Origin: Botryllus schlosseri
Lineage: Eukaryota
Length of the DNA stretch: 64,000 nt
Reading direction: 5' to 3'
Assembly: GCA_051294905.1 (NCBI GenBank)
Contig: CM119373.1
Location: 23,188,001 to 23,252,000 of the forward strand
In this document: piece by piece, positions 1 to 14,600 of the stretch
How positions within the stretch are numbered: position 1 is the stretch's first letter
How the letters are laid out: the number at the start of each line of letters is the position of its first letter
The notes under the pieces: generated by a model
The model's database searches: none
The model's input: the letters and a program-made list of their open reading frames with translations, nothing else
Told to the model about the DNA's origin: nothing
Translations under genes and position numbers: made by a program

Positions 1-3000
1 TTCAGCTCGTACTTATTTGTGTGTTGCGATAAAAGGTAAACGTAAAACAAACCTACATATGTACGTGAGCTCGAACAGATATATGGAATCTGAGGAATCC
101 ATGGGGCGGTCATTTCTGTGCGATGAACAACAGTGTTCAACAACACTACTACATAAATTACGCAAGGACTTTAAATCTGATATCGCTAATCGGAAAAGAT
201 TGACATATGATGACCATAAAGTAGACACTGATCCATAGTACTAGTGTGAAGTGTAGGAAACGATTTCGAAACCAAGTCAATCTGCATAATTTTAATTCAA
301 AGTAGAAAATAATCGTTTGAGACGGTAATAACTAAATATATTGTTATTGACTGAAGATGAGATAATTTGAAACGTAATTGCATAAATGTTCATAACGATT
401 CACGATTCGTCTCAGATTCGATGCTTCGAGTAACACTCATTACCGGACTTGAAGAGTTCAGATATGTGCTTATTATTCGACTTGGAAGTGAATTATGTGT
501 TATTCTGTTATATAAACTTTTTCAAAATACATTTTCCAACTCGTGTGCGACATATCGTTCTGGGATAATCCCGCAGGTCGATCACTACTGCGCGGAAATA
601 GCGTTGTCGTGACTTCGCGTATATGTTCCGAAAGATATCATACGGAAGAATGAGGATTAATGCTCCCATGACATGAAGTAAATATCAAAACGCCAATTCT
701 CATTATAACATAAATATGAGTGAAAATGTCCTTAGACTCCTTATAATCTTGGTACTGGAACACATCAACTCTTACTACTCAAATCGAATCATGAAAATAG
801 ATACTCGATTGTGATTTTGAGTATTAAAATCGTTATGACATTATCCTTGACATTATAACTGCAACAATGTTAGCGTACAGCTATAAGTATATCGCCAATA
901 TCGTAATTCTAAATCGCAAAACGAAGTGGAAAGTGTCACGGAGATCGATGATTTCCGAAGACGCAATAAAAGTGTACCACTAACGTATAAATCCCATCGA
1001 ATAATGCTGCATACAGTTGAGCTATGTTCTGTCTTGCCAGAAAAACAATATCAAGCCAAAATCAGTAAATCGCGGGTTCGATAGACGCTATGCAGTTTTA
1101 AGATGTACAGCACGTCCATACACTTTGGACTGTGTAGCTCACAGTCTGCTCTGATATATGTCTGAAACACCGCAACAATAACTGAATATATAACCGGCAC
1201 GAACTGCCCAATTACTTAACTGGATTACATAACCTAACGAGCGAAATATTCCACTGACCGGTTATGAATACGTCTGAACTGATACAATAACTTGAGATAT
1301 CAACGGTCCTTGCGGGTGATGTATCAACGTCAAATATTCAACTGTTCTGACGAACGCAGTATATGTAAATCAGAGATTTTTTCCTAGCTTGGAGCGACGC
1401 ACTTGTTTGTTATCCGTGTGAATATTAAGATCGCATTAAAGTCATATCTAGCATTTCCTGGGGGTTCATTCTAACGCCACGGATCATACAAAGCCATTAA
1501 TTAAGTATCAACCAAACCTTGGGATATCCTACGTTGAGCACAATACCTTTGTTACAACCACTCATTAGCATAAAGGCTGCATGATGTTGGGCGTGTGGCG
1601 AATAGTATTATATTCGTGGGATTTATACAGAAGAGGACATTCCTGTATTCAGTGTTTCTTTGAAAGCCTGAGAATACCTGGAAACGTACGGCTCTCTGGG
1701 CGTATACACATGGCGTCTGTAACCTGTCTCAAATTGATCCATGCAAACGACTTCGCTACCAATTAGTAATTATCGCATTTATGCCAGTTAAACAAAAGAG
1801 AAAGTATTTATTAAAATGCAAACAAAACATAAGTTAACATCACAGTAATATATTTTATGACTTGGCGTGGTAATTCTAGCTATTATTGAGATCAGGAGAG
1901 CTATGTTCAATTGTTCCACATATGCAAGAACAAGGTGCAATTGAAGTTACTAGTTATCGGAATCAATGGATTTTTAATCAATCTTTCATCCAGGTCAAGG
2001 TAAACAGACACTTGCAATGCTTGTCGCTACAAAGACTATTTCAGTGACCACGCGTGTGCGCACCACACAGTCATTAGTAATTCCCAATTACTTGATTGCA
2101 TTTAATAAGTAAAGTTAGTAAGTGAATATATACTTCCCGAATGCCGAGGTGCGCGCGGGTTGTAGTCCGGTTACAAGACAAAATTGTTGAGATCGCTTGG
2201 AAATAATGATATGCGTATATTGTTCATAACACCGGTTACAATCCATCAATTGCAAGCAATTATGCGCATCGAAAAACATTGGCAAACACAGTAAGCCGCC
2301 AGTACCCAAGTATCTCATGGCGAACAGCATTATATCGTCATGAAATACTGCCGACCGCTGATACAGCAGCGGCGTAAAACTATGGTCACTGCTCAAAGAC
2401 GCGCAAAAGTATAGTGTCAAGGATGCCACCCTATTTTCGTAAGCATCGCAATATTTGCTTTATTTTTACATCTGCTGAGTTTCGTCTCAATGCCTCTTTC
2501 CTTGTCATCGGGGAATTCAATGCAACGCTCCGGCATACAGTGAGAACTTGGTGACATTCGGCAAAAGCTAATATTGTCACGCGGTGACAAATTGTTCTGA
2601 AAAATTCAAAGGGCAGAAATATGCCGCCACAGTTGTAAGCGATTCGGAGCCTCGTCGCTGCTGCAGCTGTTGCGGCTTGCGATATCATCGGGAGCTATAA
2701 TCTCTTCTTTCCTACAATACATTCATTGAAAGTCAAGATTAAAAGCCAAATTATAACAGACAGGACCCTTGGCGTGACAGTGCACAAAATCACTCCATGC
2801 ATAGGGCGTTTACGTCTTGTCTGACAGGGTATCACGCATCGCCTCAACACGTAGTATATTTGGCTTCAGAATGACCTGGCAATCGTCTCAAACCGCAGCG
2901 TGAAATTTGTGGTTAAAAATTAAACGTCTGGGGATATAGGAGAGACGGAACTCGTAACTTTGAATGTTAGTTTGGCAATTGGATTCGATTTCTAGAGAAT

Positions 3001-6000
3001 CAACCGCGTAAATCATATATACTTTTAATAAAATCAATTTGGACTTGAAAGATGTTCTCACCGACCCAAATATATTAAATCGATTTGTTGAATTTGTAAT
3101 GTCGTCCTAACTTCCTTTCCGGAACAGGTTCGAAGCCAGATCAATACTTTTTGTGATATGGCCGTAGTCGGATCGGAAACGGATCAATACTTTTACTAAG
3201 AATATGACAGCCTTACCCTCTTCCATCCTCGCATCAATAGTTAAAGTGAAACGTTCATGGAAATGAATAATACATGCTAAGTCCAAGTTGACATAATTAC
3301 TTCAGATAAGGGTTGGGCTTGATCTTTGAGTTTTTAATTTTCTGTTCGCGTTGCTTAAATCAATTATCAATACCAACCAGTGAGTAGATAATTATTATCG
3401 AAGTTTTTCCTGACCGGATTACGGTCATTTCTAAAATCCGATCCAGGAGTCGGACCAGACCTGTAAAAAACAGGATCGGAGAAGGACCAGAAAATTTTGT
3501 GATCCGCTCCTCGCTAATATGTATATCAGATGTGGTCAGAGTGAAGTCATAGTTGCCACTCAAGTGGATGTAGAAGCAATGCCCACTCAAATACAAGTAT
3601 ACCAGTAGCGATTTCCAATTTTGGCCCGAGTTTTAGCTAAAATACTGAAAACTGTGATGTAGAAGTAGAATCAGTCTAAAATAATAACCACTCGATGAAG
3701 TAGCGCATGTAGTCTACTGTGGTATTTTTAAAAATAAGAAGTACTTCTTTACTGAACGCCTAGGCCTTCGCCTATATTTCTATGTTTCCATCAATCTAAC
3801 CTGCACCCACGGCAATTTGATGTCGCATGATAAAAGTCAGCTTCAATAGATTATCTAGGGTAGATCGACTCATACGAATTGGATAGAGGGACACATTTCA
3901 TCAGTAATTCGACCAAGCTTAACCATTGTCGGTGATGTTTTGAACTATGGCAACGGACGAAATCTAAGCATCCAAATGAAGTCAGTTATGCCAATAAATT
4001 AAGCTATGAGCGGGTCTTTTGGAACGAAGTCGACTAAAGGGTTGAATTCAAAACGCACCTTCTTATTGCAACAAGCACAAAGTCAACGTTATGCCGAAGT
4101 TGATTTGGAGTCGATCCAATCATTCGCCGACACTTCATATCCATAGCCTTGTTTAAACAAGCTTTTGCGTATATTATACGTATGATTTCGACGCCAGTAA
4201 ATTGGATTCCACCTGAGGTGTATGTCCGCACCTCACACCCATCTGATCGGCGTAAGCGACATTCTAGAACACGAAAATATCAACAGCACAATAATTATAT
4301 AACGGGACATTCCCGAACGACCATCATACACCTCTATTTTCGGAAATATAGATAGATCTCTGTATTTCACAATCCGATATTGTTCCACACAATCGCCGAT
4401 ATGTCAGTTGACGAAAACAATGAATCATTTTTATAAAAACATTGATATAGTTGCGTGCGATTATCGATATAAAACCCACAAAATTCATCTCCGTTCCGTG
4501 CGATATTAGTGTTTTCAAACCAGTCGCACACCGCGAAATTACAGGGCATTATAATTACGCTTTATACACTTATTTCCATTGGAAAATATTGCTGTTGACT
4601 ATATGCTCGATCCCCTCGCTATACCTATATCTGCTGTGTGATCAGATATGAGTACAGGCACGTATATTAAACAAGCTGACAGCAAAATTGCTGTGTTTGT
4701 TACTAGTTGAATGTTGATTGTGGTTAGGTGATAGACCGTTCGTGCTTGATAAAGGAACAATTTATTTTTTCAGGAAACCCCACGGTACGAGAATCTATTT
4801 CGTAAGTTGTCTCGAAATCTATTTTTAGACAGTGGAGGGAATGAAATCCTAGACGCTGATAATAATTGTAGTAATTATACCGAGTTTGATTCGGCCGCCT
4901 CGGTATATAGGCTTATCCATTTACCAGAACTGGTCATAACGATTCGAGTCAATATATCTCAGACCATGTTTTCTAGTCAGGAAAATATAAGCCAGTGCTT
5001 CCCAACCATTTGCAGCTCGCCCCGCAATTTTATTGCAAGTTTTATGGTGAGACCAACAATGAGATATGACCAAACGAAGGAAACACAAAATAATGGGAAA
5101 ATAAACAATATATACACATTACAGATGCAAGACGAATTTTTAAATTGCATATTATATATTATCAGTACAAGTATAACCTGGATTGGCTTGATTTTCCTAG
5201 TCAGAAAATAGCCATAAATACCTAAAATTGGATGTTTACCACTTTTCAGCCGTCGTCAGTACTCCTATAAAATTGTGATCATATCATATAATTCAATAAC
5301 AACTAGACGCATTCCTACATGACATGTTCAATAGAAAAGCGTAACATTTGAGTTCCATTGGAAATAGCTTAGCTACCCACAAATAAATCGCGATCCACAT
5401 TTTAGAAAGCACTGATATATGGTCGTCACGATGAATTTCATTACCTGAAAATATAGTCTCGATACTTTCTTTTCGCTATGGGACCTGCGAAACCTCAGAT
5501 GTTCCTAGCACGCCATCCAAAATATACCTCACAAAGTTAAGCATGTTATTTGGCTTACATTTCGTCTGTAGCGTTTGGGATGACTTTTCTATATGCGTGT
5601 TGTTAGTATTTAGTTTGAACCGATTTGGTTATCTAAATTCCATTCGGCAAATGAACGCGAGAAATGCCAACTCATCAGTCTCATTTTAATAAATACAAGA
5701 ATGCCCTTTCAGGTTTACCATCCTTCAAACATGTCATATGACTGAAATGATGGATAATTCCTAGCACTATTTCGGAGGCAGTAAAGACTTTTTTTAGTTG
5801 GAATGATGTTTCAATCGCAAAGATAATCATATCAAGTCTGCTATATCAAATCCAGTTACGAAGTACCGGCGCGAAAAGTCATCAGGTCACCCATATGCCT
5901 TTTCACCACGGGGAATCACTTTTGCATTTTAAATCTGGCCGTGGGAATCTCGCTAGCTATACTTTTAGGTGCTTAGGCCAAGATCACGAGCAGGTCATTT

Positions 6001-7399
6001 ATTGTTGTCATGGTATGAGGTAATATCAATACCGATAATCATACAAAATATAGCACAAAGGTGTCCGTCCTGATTATCGCTGGTAGAGTAAAGCGAATAA
6101 ACAGCTCTTAAAATTGTCTGATCAACAAAACTAATATTATTTTCGAATATATAAACAGATTCTACTTATATAGCTGGCCGGAGCTCTGAAATTACGAAAA
6201 TAGGGCCGATGAATAACTGAATTTACATATAGACTTCTCTCATTCGTCCCTTACTATCAAATCCTTCTTGGTACAGTCGTTGCATACAATCCATATACCA
6301 AAATGTATACTTAATGATTCCAAATAAATATTACCTAATATCTTATAATTTAATAAGTATGAGTCACTGTACAACAAACTGTACTGTACGAGTGTAGGCC
6401 TCCAAACCATGAATTACATTTACAACTTGCGATATTGGTAGTTTGTTACTATTGCACCACAATGCAGTCGCGAAAAACAACAGTCTTCCAAACCTTACAA
6501 ACTCACGAGAAGGAATCATATAATATGAATATCGCAGTGCACAGACAGAACCAGATCATTTATATTCTACTAGATAAGCAAGCGGCAAAATGACATCTGC
6601 GTGCCAGTGTCTATGAGCTTCTGCCGTCGAAGTACAGGGTGATCTCAATGTTTTTGGTATGAAAGTTCATTTCAGATTAAGCTGGATTAATTACCGAATG
6701 CAAGAACGAATATCATCAAGCCGTTAAATGCCGGGATAATCTTTTGGAAATATCGCTACTTCTCTTCATGGCTCGAATGCATGCTTACCATAGTCGTATA
6801 TCGTGGGGAAAATGATGATAGAGCAGTTGCTGGTCTAAGTTAGAAACACATGTTTAGCATATATCACTGGCATATTGAACTATCGCAACATATAGCTGGG
6901 CTCGATATACCGATTTAAGACCTGCATCAACAGAAGTACAAACTCATTTAAACAATACTATTAAGCTTTGTAGCCAACAAGACTGGTGGGAGATTGCAGT
7001 GAGTACGAACATAGCGATATCAATTAATTCAATGACCTTCTGTTCACCTTCGAAACATCCACAATACACATAGAAACATCTATCAACATGCTCTATCTGC
7101 TAATAATTGGGGCCAATGTCTGATTCATAGTATCGCAATACCTCAGTGGTACTCAACAGGGCTGCCATTTTGACTGAAGTATACACAATAAAACACATGA
7201 AAAAAAAAATTAAGAGACAATTCGCTGTAAATACGAATTGGTTGCGAATTAGTGTTTAACGCGTGAAAAACATTTAGGAAACATCCATTTTACCCAGAAA
7301 GCCATGGTTTTCAAAATGCAGCCATTAAATGCCACGAAGAGTATGATTATAGCGATTCATTGACGCGGTCGAGAGAAAGACTAAATTTTCTATAGAATA

Positions 7400-7663
7400 T
7401 GTCTGTTTGTTTTGTGGTATTCATGGTGTTTGGCGACTACTATGCTCATTTACACCAGACCGATATTGTTAATTATTTTCCGTAACTGCCGATTTACAGA
7501 ACGGCTTTTTGTAAGACACCGCTGACGCGGATGAGGTGGCGAGGAGGAGCCTAGGTAAATCTCCAACACTTGCGTATCTGAATTCTGAAGGCAACCTCGG
7601 TCGGACTCGAACCCGCACCCATTGGTGTTGCAGCCGCGGATTATACCACTACGCTATCTCGCC
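7400..7663 (-). mobile_element. tRNA-derived SINE (~265 bp)
   Basis: Minus strand starts GGCGAGATAGCGTAGTGGTA (A box), has GGTTCGAGTCC (B box), a body shared with 28815-28985 and 16421-16590, and an (A)AAC-rich tail. Confidence 0.8.
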
Positions 7664-8284
7664 ACATAGTTGTCAGTTGATATTACGAAGTACCTTAGTC
7701 TTACAACCACGGGCTGCATATTGCGGTGCCGACGGTACCGGCGTCCAACGAACGACGTTACAAAGGGATATTTGTGTGTGAAGCTTGTCACCAGTGCTGG
7801 TAACACCATATACTATTTTTGAGCTTCACTACGCTAAATTATCAAATCATAACTTATATCTATGATTTTGAACTTCTCGTAGCGATCCAAATTCTCATCC
7901 GCTGAGAAAGAGGCAATTTTAATATACTATGGAAACCAATTCTGAGAATGGTGCGATCACCGCTTCTCGCGTGGCTATGATGTAACCAATTCAACACCAT
8001 TGTAGACAACGTATTATGCATAAATCATAGAAAAGAATTCGAATCTCCATATTATTTTCACCCGCTCACGAGGGCTTTTGTTTTTATAATTATTATGACG
8101 ACTGAGAAATTACTCCTGATTCTTTATTACGTCAAAATAACTCGCTGTAGCCCGGAGCAGCCCAATCGACACATCAGAGCACCGCTGGTTTAGGCCGTCT
8201 AATTCTGCATGACATTTGGAAAAAAATGTTTTATAACGGTCCTATCGAACAATAACAATACTGATAAAAATAAATACCAACAAG

Positions 8285-8411
8285 GGGAAATAATATTCTT
8301 GGAGGCTTCGTTTCGAACCTACGAAGAGCCATGGCGCGGGCACGAAAGAGCCCGATGCTACTTCGGAGCAGCTGGGTTTCCGACTCCAAGAGTTATAAAA
8401 CGTTCTTCCAA
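8285..8411 (+). CDS. Candidate upstream FAF1 exon (possible ubiquitin-like segment)
   Basis: Open frame GNNILGGFVSNLRRAMARARKSPMLLRSSWVSDSKSYKTFFQ can join 8480 via a 68-nt GT-AG intron. It weakly resembles the FAF1 UBL motif (MLL-xW..T..L). Splice sites are weak. Confidence 0.35.
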
Positions 8412-8479
8412 GTTTAGATGTTTTGGACGACGAACTTTACTGGCTCCCTGTTACGTCACAATGAGCAGCTTTCACTCAG

Positions 8480-8633
8480 TTTGGGCTAATTACTGATTCT
8501 GTCTACTACGCTGAGGAACTTCACGACAGGATGCTTGGGAAAAGGAAGAATAACTTGAAAATAGCTGGTCGTCCCAGCGGCGGCACCCCTCGAAAGAGCA
8601 GGCGCGTGGAGCTGCTAGCACGTAAAGGGCTGA
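8480..8633 (+). CDS. FAF1: FAF1-like exon (basic linker before UAS)
   Basis: ctttcactcag acceptor; FGLITDSVYYAEELHDRMLGKRKNN...ARKGL + A|gtgagt. The phase-1 junction rebuilds ATG with the next exon (LM-PSD), as in FAF1 PM-MPEN. Confidence 0.65.
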
Positions 8634-11600
8634 GTGAGTTTGCATATAGCGAGTCGCAATATTGCATTAAAATTGCAAGTTGATCCGAGCTCATTTTACC
8701 ACCACAAACACACTGAGAATGCGTGATAAAAGTGGAAGCGCACTTGGAGTGCAATATTGGTGTATTCATGGTACTACAGACATGATGTTCGATCCGAGAA
8801 ACAACGCGTTCTCGGCACACGCCATAACACGATTTTCGAGTGACAGCACAGTCCGAACACATCAAAGATATATCATATATGCACCGACGACTGACTATCC
8901 GTTTTCTGGCCTCTCTATAATCTATGTGGTCTGTCCGATGCATGAATTGTGCCCTTTCAAAGTATGTAAGTCGCTCCGACACATAGAAGCTTGTCAGAAC
9001 CAGGATTCGGGCCGACTTTCATTGGTATAATCGACCATCACGATGTTCATTGAGCGCTGCGAAAGCTACATGCTCCAAAAATACGAAATTTCCTTGTGAC
9101 CACAACAGACACATATTGAAACTTTGGTACAGTCACTATGTTAATGTTATTACCTCAGCCATATGTGAAAAATAGGTTGGGAAATCAGATTTTGGTAATA
9201 TACCGTAAATCGGGAAATCGTACCTTTCAGGTATACCAAATTGTGCTTCCACACACTTATGGGTTAGAATGATCAAATAAAACAATCCTACCACGATTCC
9301 AGCGATATATCTCCATAGGAATTGGCGTAGTTGACTTTAAAACATTTGAAGGGTGCGACATAGGACTGTTCAAATATAACTTTGTTTTCAAATATTATTG
9401 CAAACTTGATAAAATTGTTAGGTTACGTAAACCCTGCACCAATTACAACCAGTGGAAGCGAAGTTACAGTACAAAATTTTGGCTTTATTTATATATTTAA
9501 TAGAAATATAAAGTTTTTTAAGAATTTTACTGCGATACCCCATAAACTTGTTAGGTCGTCTTAAAAGACACGCAAAAACAAATGGGCTCAATTCCAAGCC
9601 GTAGAATGGAAGTTATTGATGTTCAGAATTTCAGATTTTAAGTCATATGCTATTTGCGGTGTATTAATCTATACTGATTAATGAAAGAATTTGCCATCGT
9701 AATTACGATATTTCCAAATCTGAAATTTTGTACTCCAAATAACTTCGCTTTTATACTGATTGAAGTTGAGCCAAATTCGTTCTGCATCGATTTCAGACAA
9801 AATAACAATTCCATGGGGCAGCCAGTGAAATATGACAAACTGTTATATTCATTTTTATGGAATAAATCCCCACTTTTCTACTATAATGGTGTAATAAAGC
9901 CGGCGAAATGAGAAAAATAAAGTTATTTTTGAACAGCCTTAGTGTTAAAACACATTGTGAAAGTATGATTTGGTACCTCAAAATTCCGATTACCGATTAC
10001 GTCAGGGTGAAAATCAGCGAATAGATCATTTTCGTTTACAGTGCAGCTTACACGAATTGAATCGATTCATCCAGCTATTCGATCTTGCCCAGCCCTATAA
10101 GTACAACGATAAAGAGTAGTGAAAGCAACGTAGGCTGGGCCTCATAGTGAACTAAGTCATATCATTCATATTTACTGCTCTTTAAATGCTATTTCACAAA
10201 CCCAATCCCCTCGTTTTTCAGTGCCGTCAGATCCTAAGGACGACGAGCAAGCAACCACTCATTTCAAAAGAGAATTCCGCTCTCGATTCGGCCCCAATTG
10301 TCCCAAATTCCTAATCGGATCTCTGGAAAACGCTGTCTGGTGCGCTGGCGGACGACACCTCGAGGATGAAAAGTTATTAGGTAAGTAGGAGTCACACTGC
10401 GTCTTTTGCATAAGGAGTGGCGTAATGGTACGACTCATTTCTATGCCTCGGGTGAAAGCGCCTGAATATTGCGAGAAGTAAAGTAATCAAGCACCAAGTT
10501 TCGCAAATAGTTAAGAAGCGACGACGTATGAGTGATATCGACATCACAGAGATCCAGTAGAATGGTACATTTCGGGAAAACTTTTAGCTGCAGTTAGAAT
10601 AAGGTGATTTTCTTGCGATAATGGCCGCTGGTGACGAATTTTTCACACTATCAAATTCAATTGAGACCATATCATGTTTAAAGCGCGGTGCCCCTTTCCT
10701 GTTGGTTAATTACTAGGATAAATCTAATGCCATGAAATTTTATGATGTTGCTGTGTAGTGATTAAAAATTGTCTTCATTGCTAATAGATATCGAATTAAT
10801 TGAATTTCCGAGTTTTATGATACGACTGAGATGTTTTTTTATGGCACTAGCCTAGGCCTATATCTGCGCCTCTAGTTCAAAACCTTAATGAATTCTCCTG
10901 TAGACTAAGAGTACGGTCCGACAGCTAAAATACTGTGAAGGTGATATGTTATGAGCGGATGTCCGTCAATGTCTCTATCCCGTGTACATCAGTCGTTATC
11001 ATCAAATGCGTTAAGACGGTATTGTCAAATGTGTCTTATCAAAGTCGTTAAGTCTCTATTTGGCACCTATACTTTCTTTCATGTGTGGTGCAGTGAATGC
11101 ATTATGAGCGACTGCCCTCCATAAGTTTAGAACCAATAACATATGCTATCGACTATTATATTCCGACTGTTTCCACTATTTTCAGCGATCTACCTACACC
11201 ACGACGGGTCTGTGAATGGCGACCGATTCAGTATTCAACTGCTTTGTTCGGAAATGGCAGTGGACATCTTTTCACGAGATTACATGGTTTTCGGCTGGGA
11301 CTTCACCGATGAAACCAATCGGCAGAGGTAAAAAATCGTCGACCTGGAAGTGAACCACGTTGATCCCATTTTCGTGGAAGATACGCCTATAGGCCTATAG
11401 GCCTACCTATAAAGTCCGACTATATATCGAAATGTAGTTTTAACACTAGAACTACCAAGTAGCTTTTTTTACTCATTTTCATTTTTGAAGAGCTGGCATT
11501 CCGTCAAATCCTGCGCTGGTAGGCTTAATGTATTTGACTTTTATTTATTCTATGCAGGCCACCTTACCTATGATTTTCATCACTCGTCCAGTACAAATAA

Positions 11601-14600
11601 AGAAGTTATACACATAACTACCTATAACTACCAAGAGGTTTTTTTGTCGCATTACAGTTTTTCTACCGCAAGGCATCGCAATTTCATATTCTTGACACTG
11701 GTTATGTATCTGTCAAACCCAGAAAAGTCGTTTGAAACAACTGAACTTTGTTAATATCGGCATGGTCTAAATGTGTTAGCAACGACATCCCTTGTCATGG
11801 AAGGCAGTGCATCTTCCACCTTCCGAGGGATCAAAACTCTGTAATATTATTTTTCCGAAGCTTACCGTGTTACAGGACATGACAATTGGAACGTACAACT
11901 AGACCAAGCCGACATCTGTATTGGTTACATTAATATACTTGGGTTGTACCATAACGAAGGGCCTTTGCTCATAGTGTGCGAGGTGTAGCTTCGGGGTAGG
12001 CGGCTGGATCTGAATTGAATGCATATGAGGACCGAGTGCATGAGGGTATTATGTTTGGCCAGACAATCTCGAGGATCAAGTTTATGGAAGTCATGAACTT
12101 TCTATTGACATAAAGAGTAAAAAAGGCGTAAGACTCGATAAAGATTAATTTGTTTTTATTTGTTATATGGTGAACGCGCCAGAAAAACTAGAGATAAAAT
12201 GTCAGATGGTGGATGCTGCTGCTATCAAGTACTTGTACAAGGGCGTCCCATATTTAGGCAAGGATAAGACGGGACACCTTGTTTATAATCTATACATTCG
12301 CCAAGCATACTAATGTAAATAATCTGATGAAACTCATCTTGAAACAATGATACGTGAATGTGACTATATAGGCTATGCTTATGAAAAATAAGTCCCAGTT
12401 GGCGCTGTACTGTCAAAAATTGCTGGAAGCTTCCCAGGTAGGGTTACATTTAAAACAAACGGTGTTTTAATTCACTTAATTCAAAACATGTTTATACAGT
12501 GTTTCATAAAAAGCCAAAAAAAAGAAACGGTGTTTTTTTTTAAGTGGCAAAATTATGCCATAATTGTGTAAATACTTTACACAAAACATGTTGTCTGAGC
12601 CTACGGACAATTACCACCCGAAGTAGCTGACGTATATCGATATGGGATGGTTGCAACCCTCGAAAGAGTTGGTTCAACAGCAATAGTACATATAGTGCGT
12701 CAAGGGAGCTATGCTACCCTATATTTTCAATTGTCAATGTAAATCCACTATGACGTCATAACTGAATATCCGTGACGTCATGACTTTTAAAAAACATAAA
12801 AAACAATAAAAAACATATTTTAAATTAGGGCCTTGTTATATACATGTTTGTTTTAAATTGATATTTGTCTTAAATGCAACCCTATTCCCAGCCCTAGAAG
12901 GAAGAAGCAGCTTCATATAGCCACACTTTTCAAAACTATCAATTCGCCGATAAGCGTAACGGCAAGATGACAGTGCAGAGATCGAAGTTTGTGTGTACAC
13001 GTATATATTGAGCTCACTTCAACCGACGGCAACTGTTTCCTTCAGATACAACACATAGCCTACTTGAAATCAGTGACGGTTAAATTTTATAACATAACAA
13101 AACAAAACCAGGGGGAGGGGGGGGGGGTAATATTGACCAAGCTGTAAGCCAGTATTCCATAAGGGTACCAGCAAGTCGTCGATGGTCGGTGCATGTTTTC
13201 TTGGAATGTAATTGATCTTCCGCTTGCCAAAAGGCCGATACTAGAAAATTTTAAAAATCGAGGATCGGTCGAGAGATTGCATTGTGCAAATCTTAGCTGA
13301 TGAGCTTTGTGATATGTCAGCAACGACCAAGAATGGTGATGTGGCTAAAGAGGATCTGGAACCTACTCTAAATTTTCAAAAAACGCACCAGAACGAAACT
13401 GATATGCTGCACTAAAAAACGGAGATCTGCTATAAGTCTTGCATTAAAGTGTGTCTAAAATATTGCAAGTACCTGTGAGCGTGATAAACTACGATTTCGG
13501 ACACCGTTTCTTGATCTGTGTGTTGATTTTTACCTTCCCTGAATGCATTTAAGCGGAAAAATTCAACATGTGTCAAAAAAGCCAATTGGTAGTTCTAGGT
13601 AGTTCGAAGTTCCTGTAGTTCTAGTAATACCAATCTCAACACAATACGTGACCACAGTCCTGCTTACGCGATGAGTTTTCTTTCACAATTCTTCACTATA
13701 TCAATTTCCATCAATTGAATAGATTCGATTACAAGGTTTCAGATATATGTCCTAGACCCGACTACATATGAATTATTAGCTACCCATTCACCCCCAATGT
13801 TAACAAAAAGCAGATTCCAAATATACGAGAAATATCAGTAAGGTTTATCTTATCGATCGTATTCGAAGATTCCTGACCAGTGCCGCAACTATACTGGACC
13901 GAAGCACAATTTACGACGTCTCTCGAGCTCACAAAGACCGCTACCCTATGCTATTGATTGTCCGGTGTCGGAATAGTAGGTGTCGCGTACAGAAAAGATT
14001 CGAAGGTAGGCGAATATCACCCCATTCGTAGACCGTGAGCAATAAAATTATGATATTTCTTGATAAGGAAATACGACGAGGGGTGACTTTATTGAGACAC
14101 TGACTCTGGAGGCGGACTATGCACAGCAAGAACGGAAGGTCACGAGGGAAAATGAGGTGACTTCTAAAATCACATTCCGATGGTTAATGGCTTATCAAGT
14201 AATGCCGAGTGGTGATTAATGACCTTCCAATAAATGCAGTGGTTTTGGGCCTAGTGATTTAGTGGGGTTACGCGAGGATTATGGCGATATTAATTATATT
14301 TATTATATAACTTGCCATTCTCTGCATCTGACAAAACCACAGTAAATGCATCATGTCTGAAAACTTGCAACAGTCTTCACGGCCTGCGTCGGAGTATCAA
14401 TAAACTTATTAGAATAATTATGACATTGCCGCATAGGCTAGCATACTAATTAACGGTATAGTAAGCAAGATAAATTTTCAAAATGTTCATACGAGAGCAA
14501 AGTCCACTATCCATAGAGTATCGATTCATCGCAATCGCACACGGAGAATAATTTTTGTCACATTTTGTGATTGTATGAAAACCCTTTATGCCTTTCTAAC

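Noticed and set aside
6-238. Open frame after TTCAG at the window start, possibly a terminal exon of an upstream gene
   Set aside because: No recognisable domain and no upstream context in the window, so it cannot be supported.
2115-2688. Two adjacent minus-strand ORFs (104 and 85 aa)
   Set aside because: No domain motifs or convincing splice chain recognised.
4774-6998. Three micro-exon-like segments (4774-4801, 5969-6019, 6974-6998) that can be phased into FAF1
   Set aside because: Two different frame combinations are equally consistent and neither gives a convincing FAF1 motif, so they are not called as features.
7585-7663. tRNA-like sequence (A/B boxes, possible GCA anticodon) on the minus strand
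   Set aside because: The anticodon stem does not pair and it runs directly into a repeated SINE body, so it is a SINE head rather than a functional tRNA.
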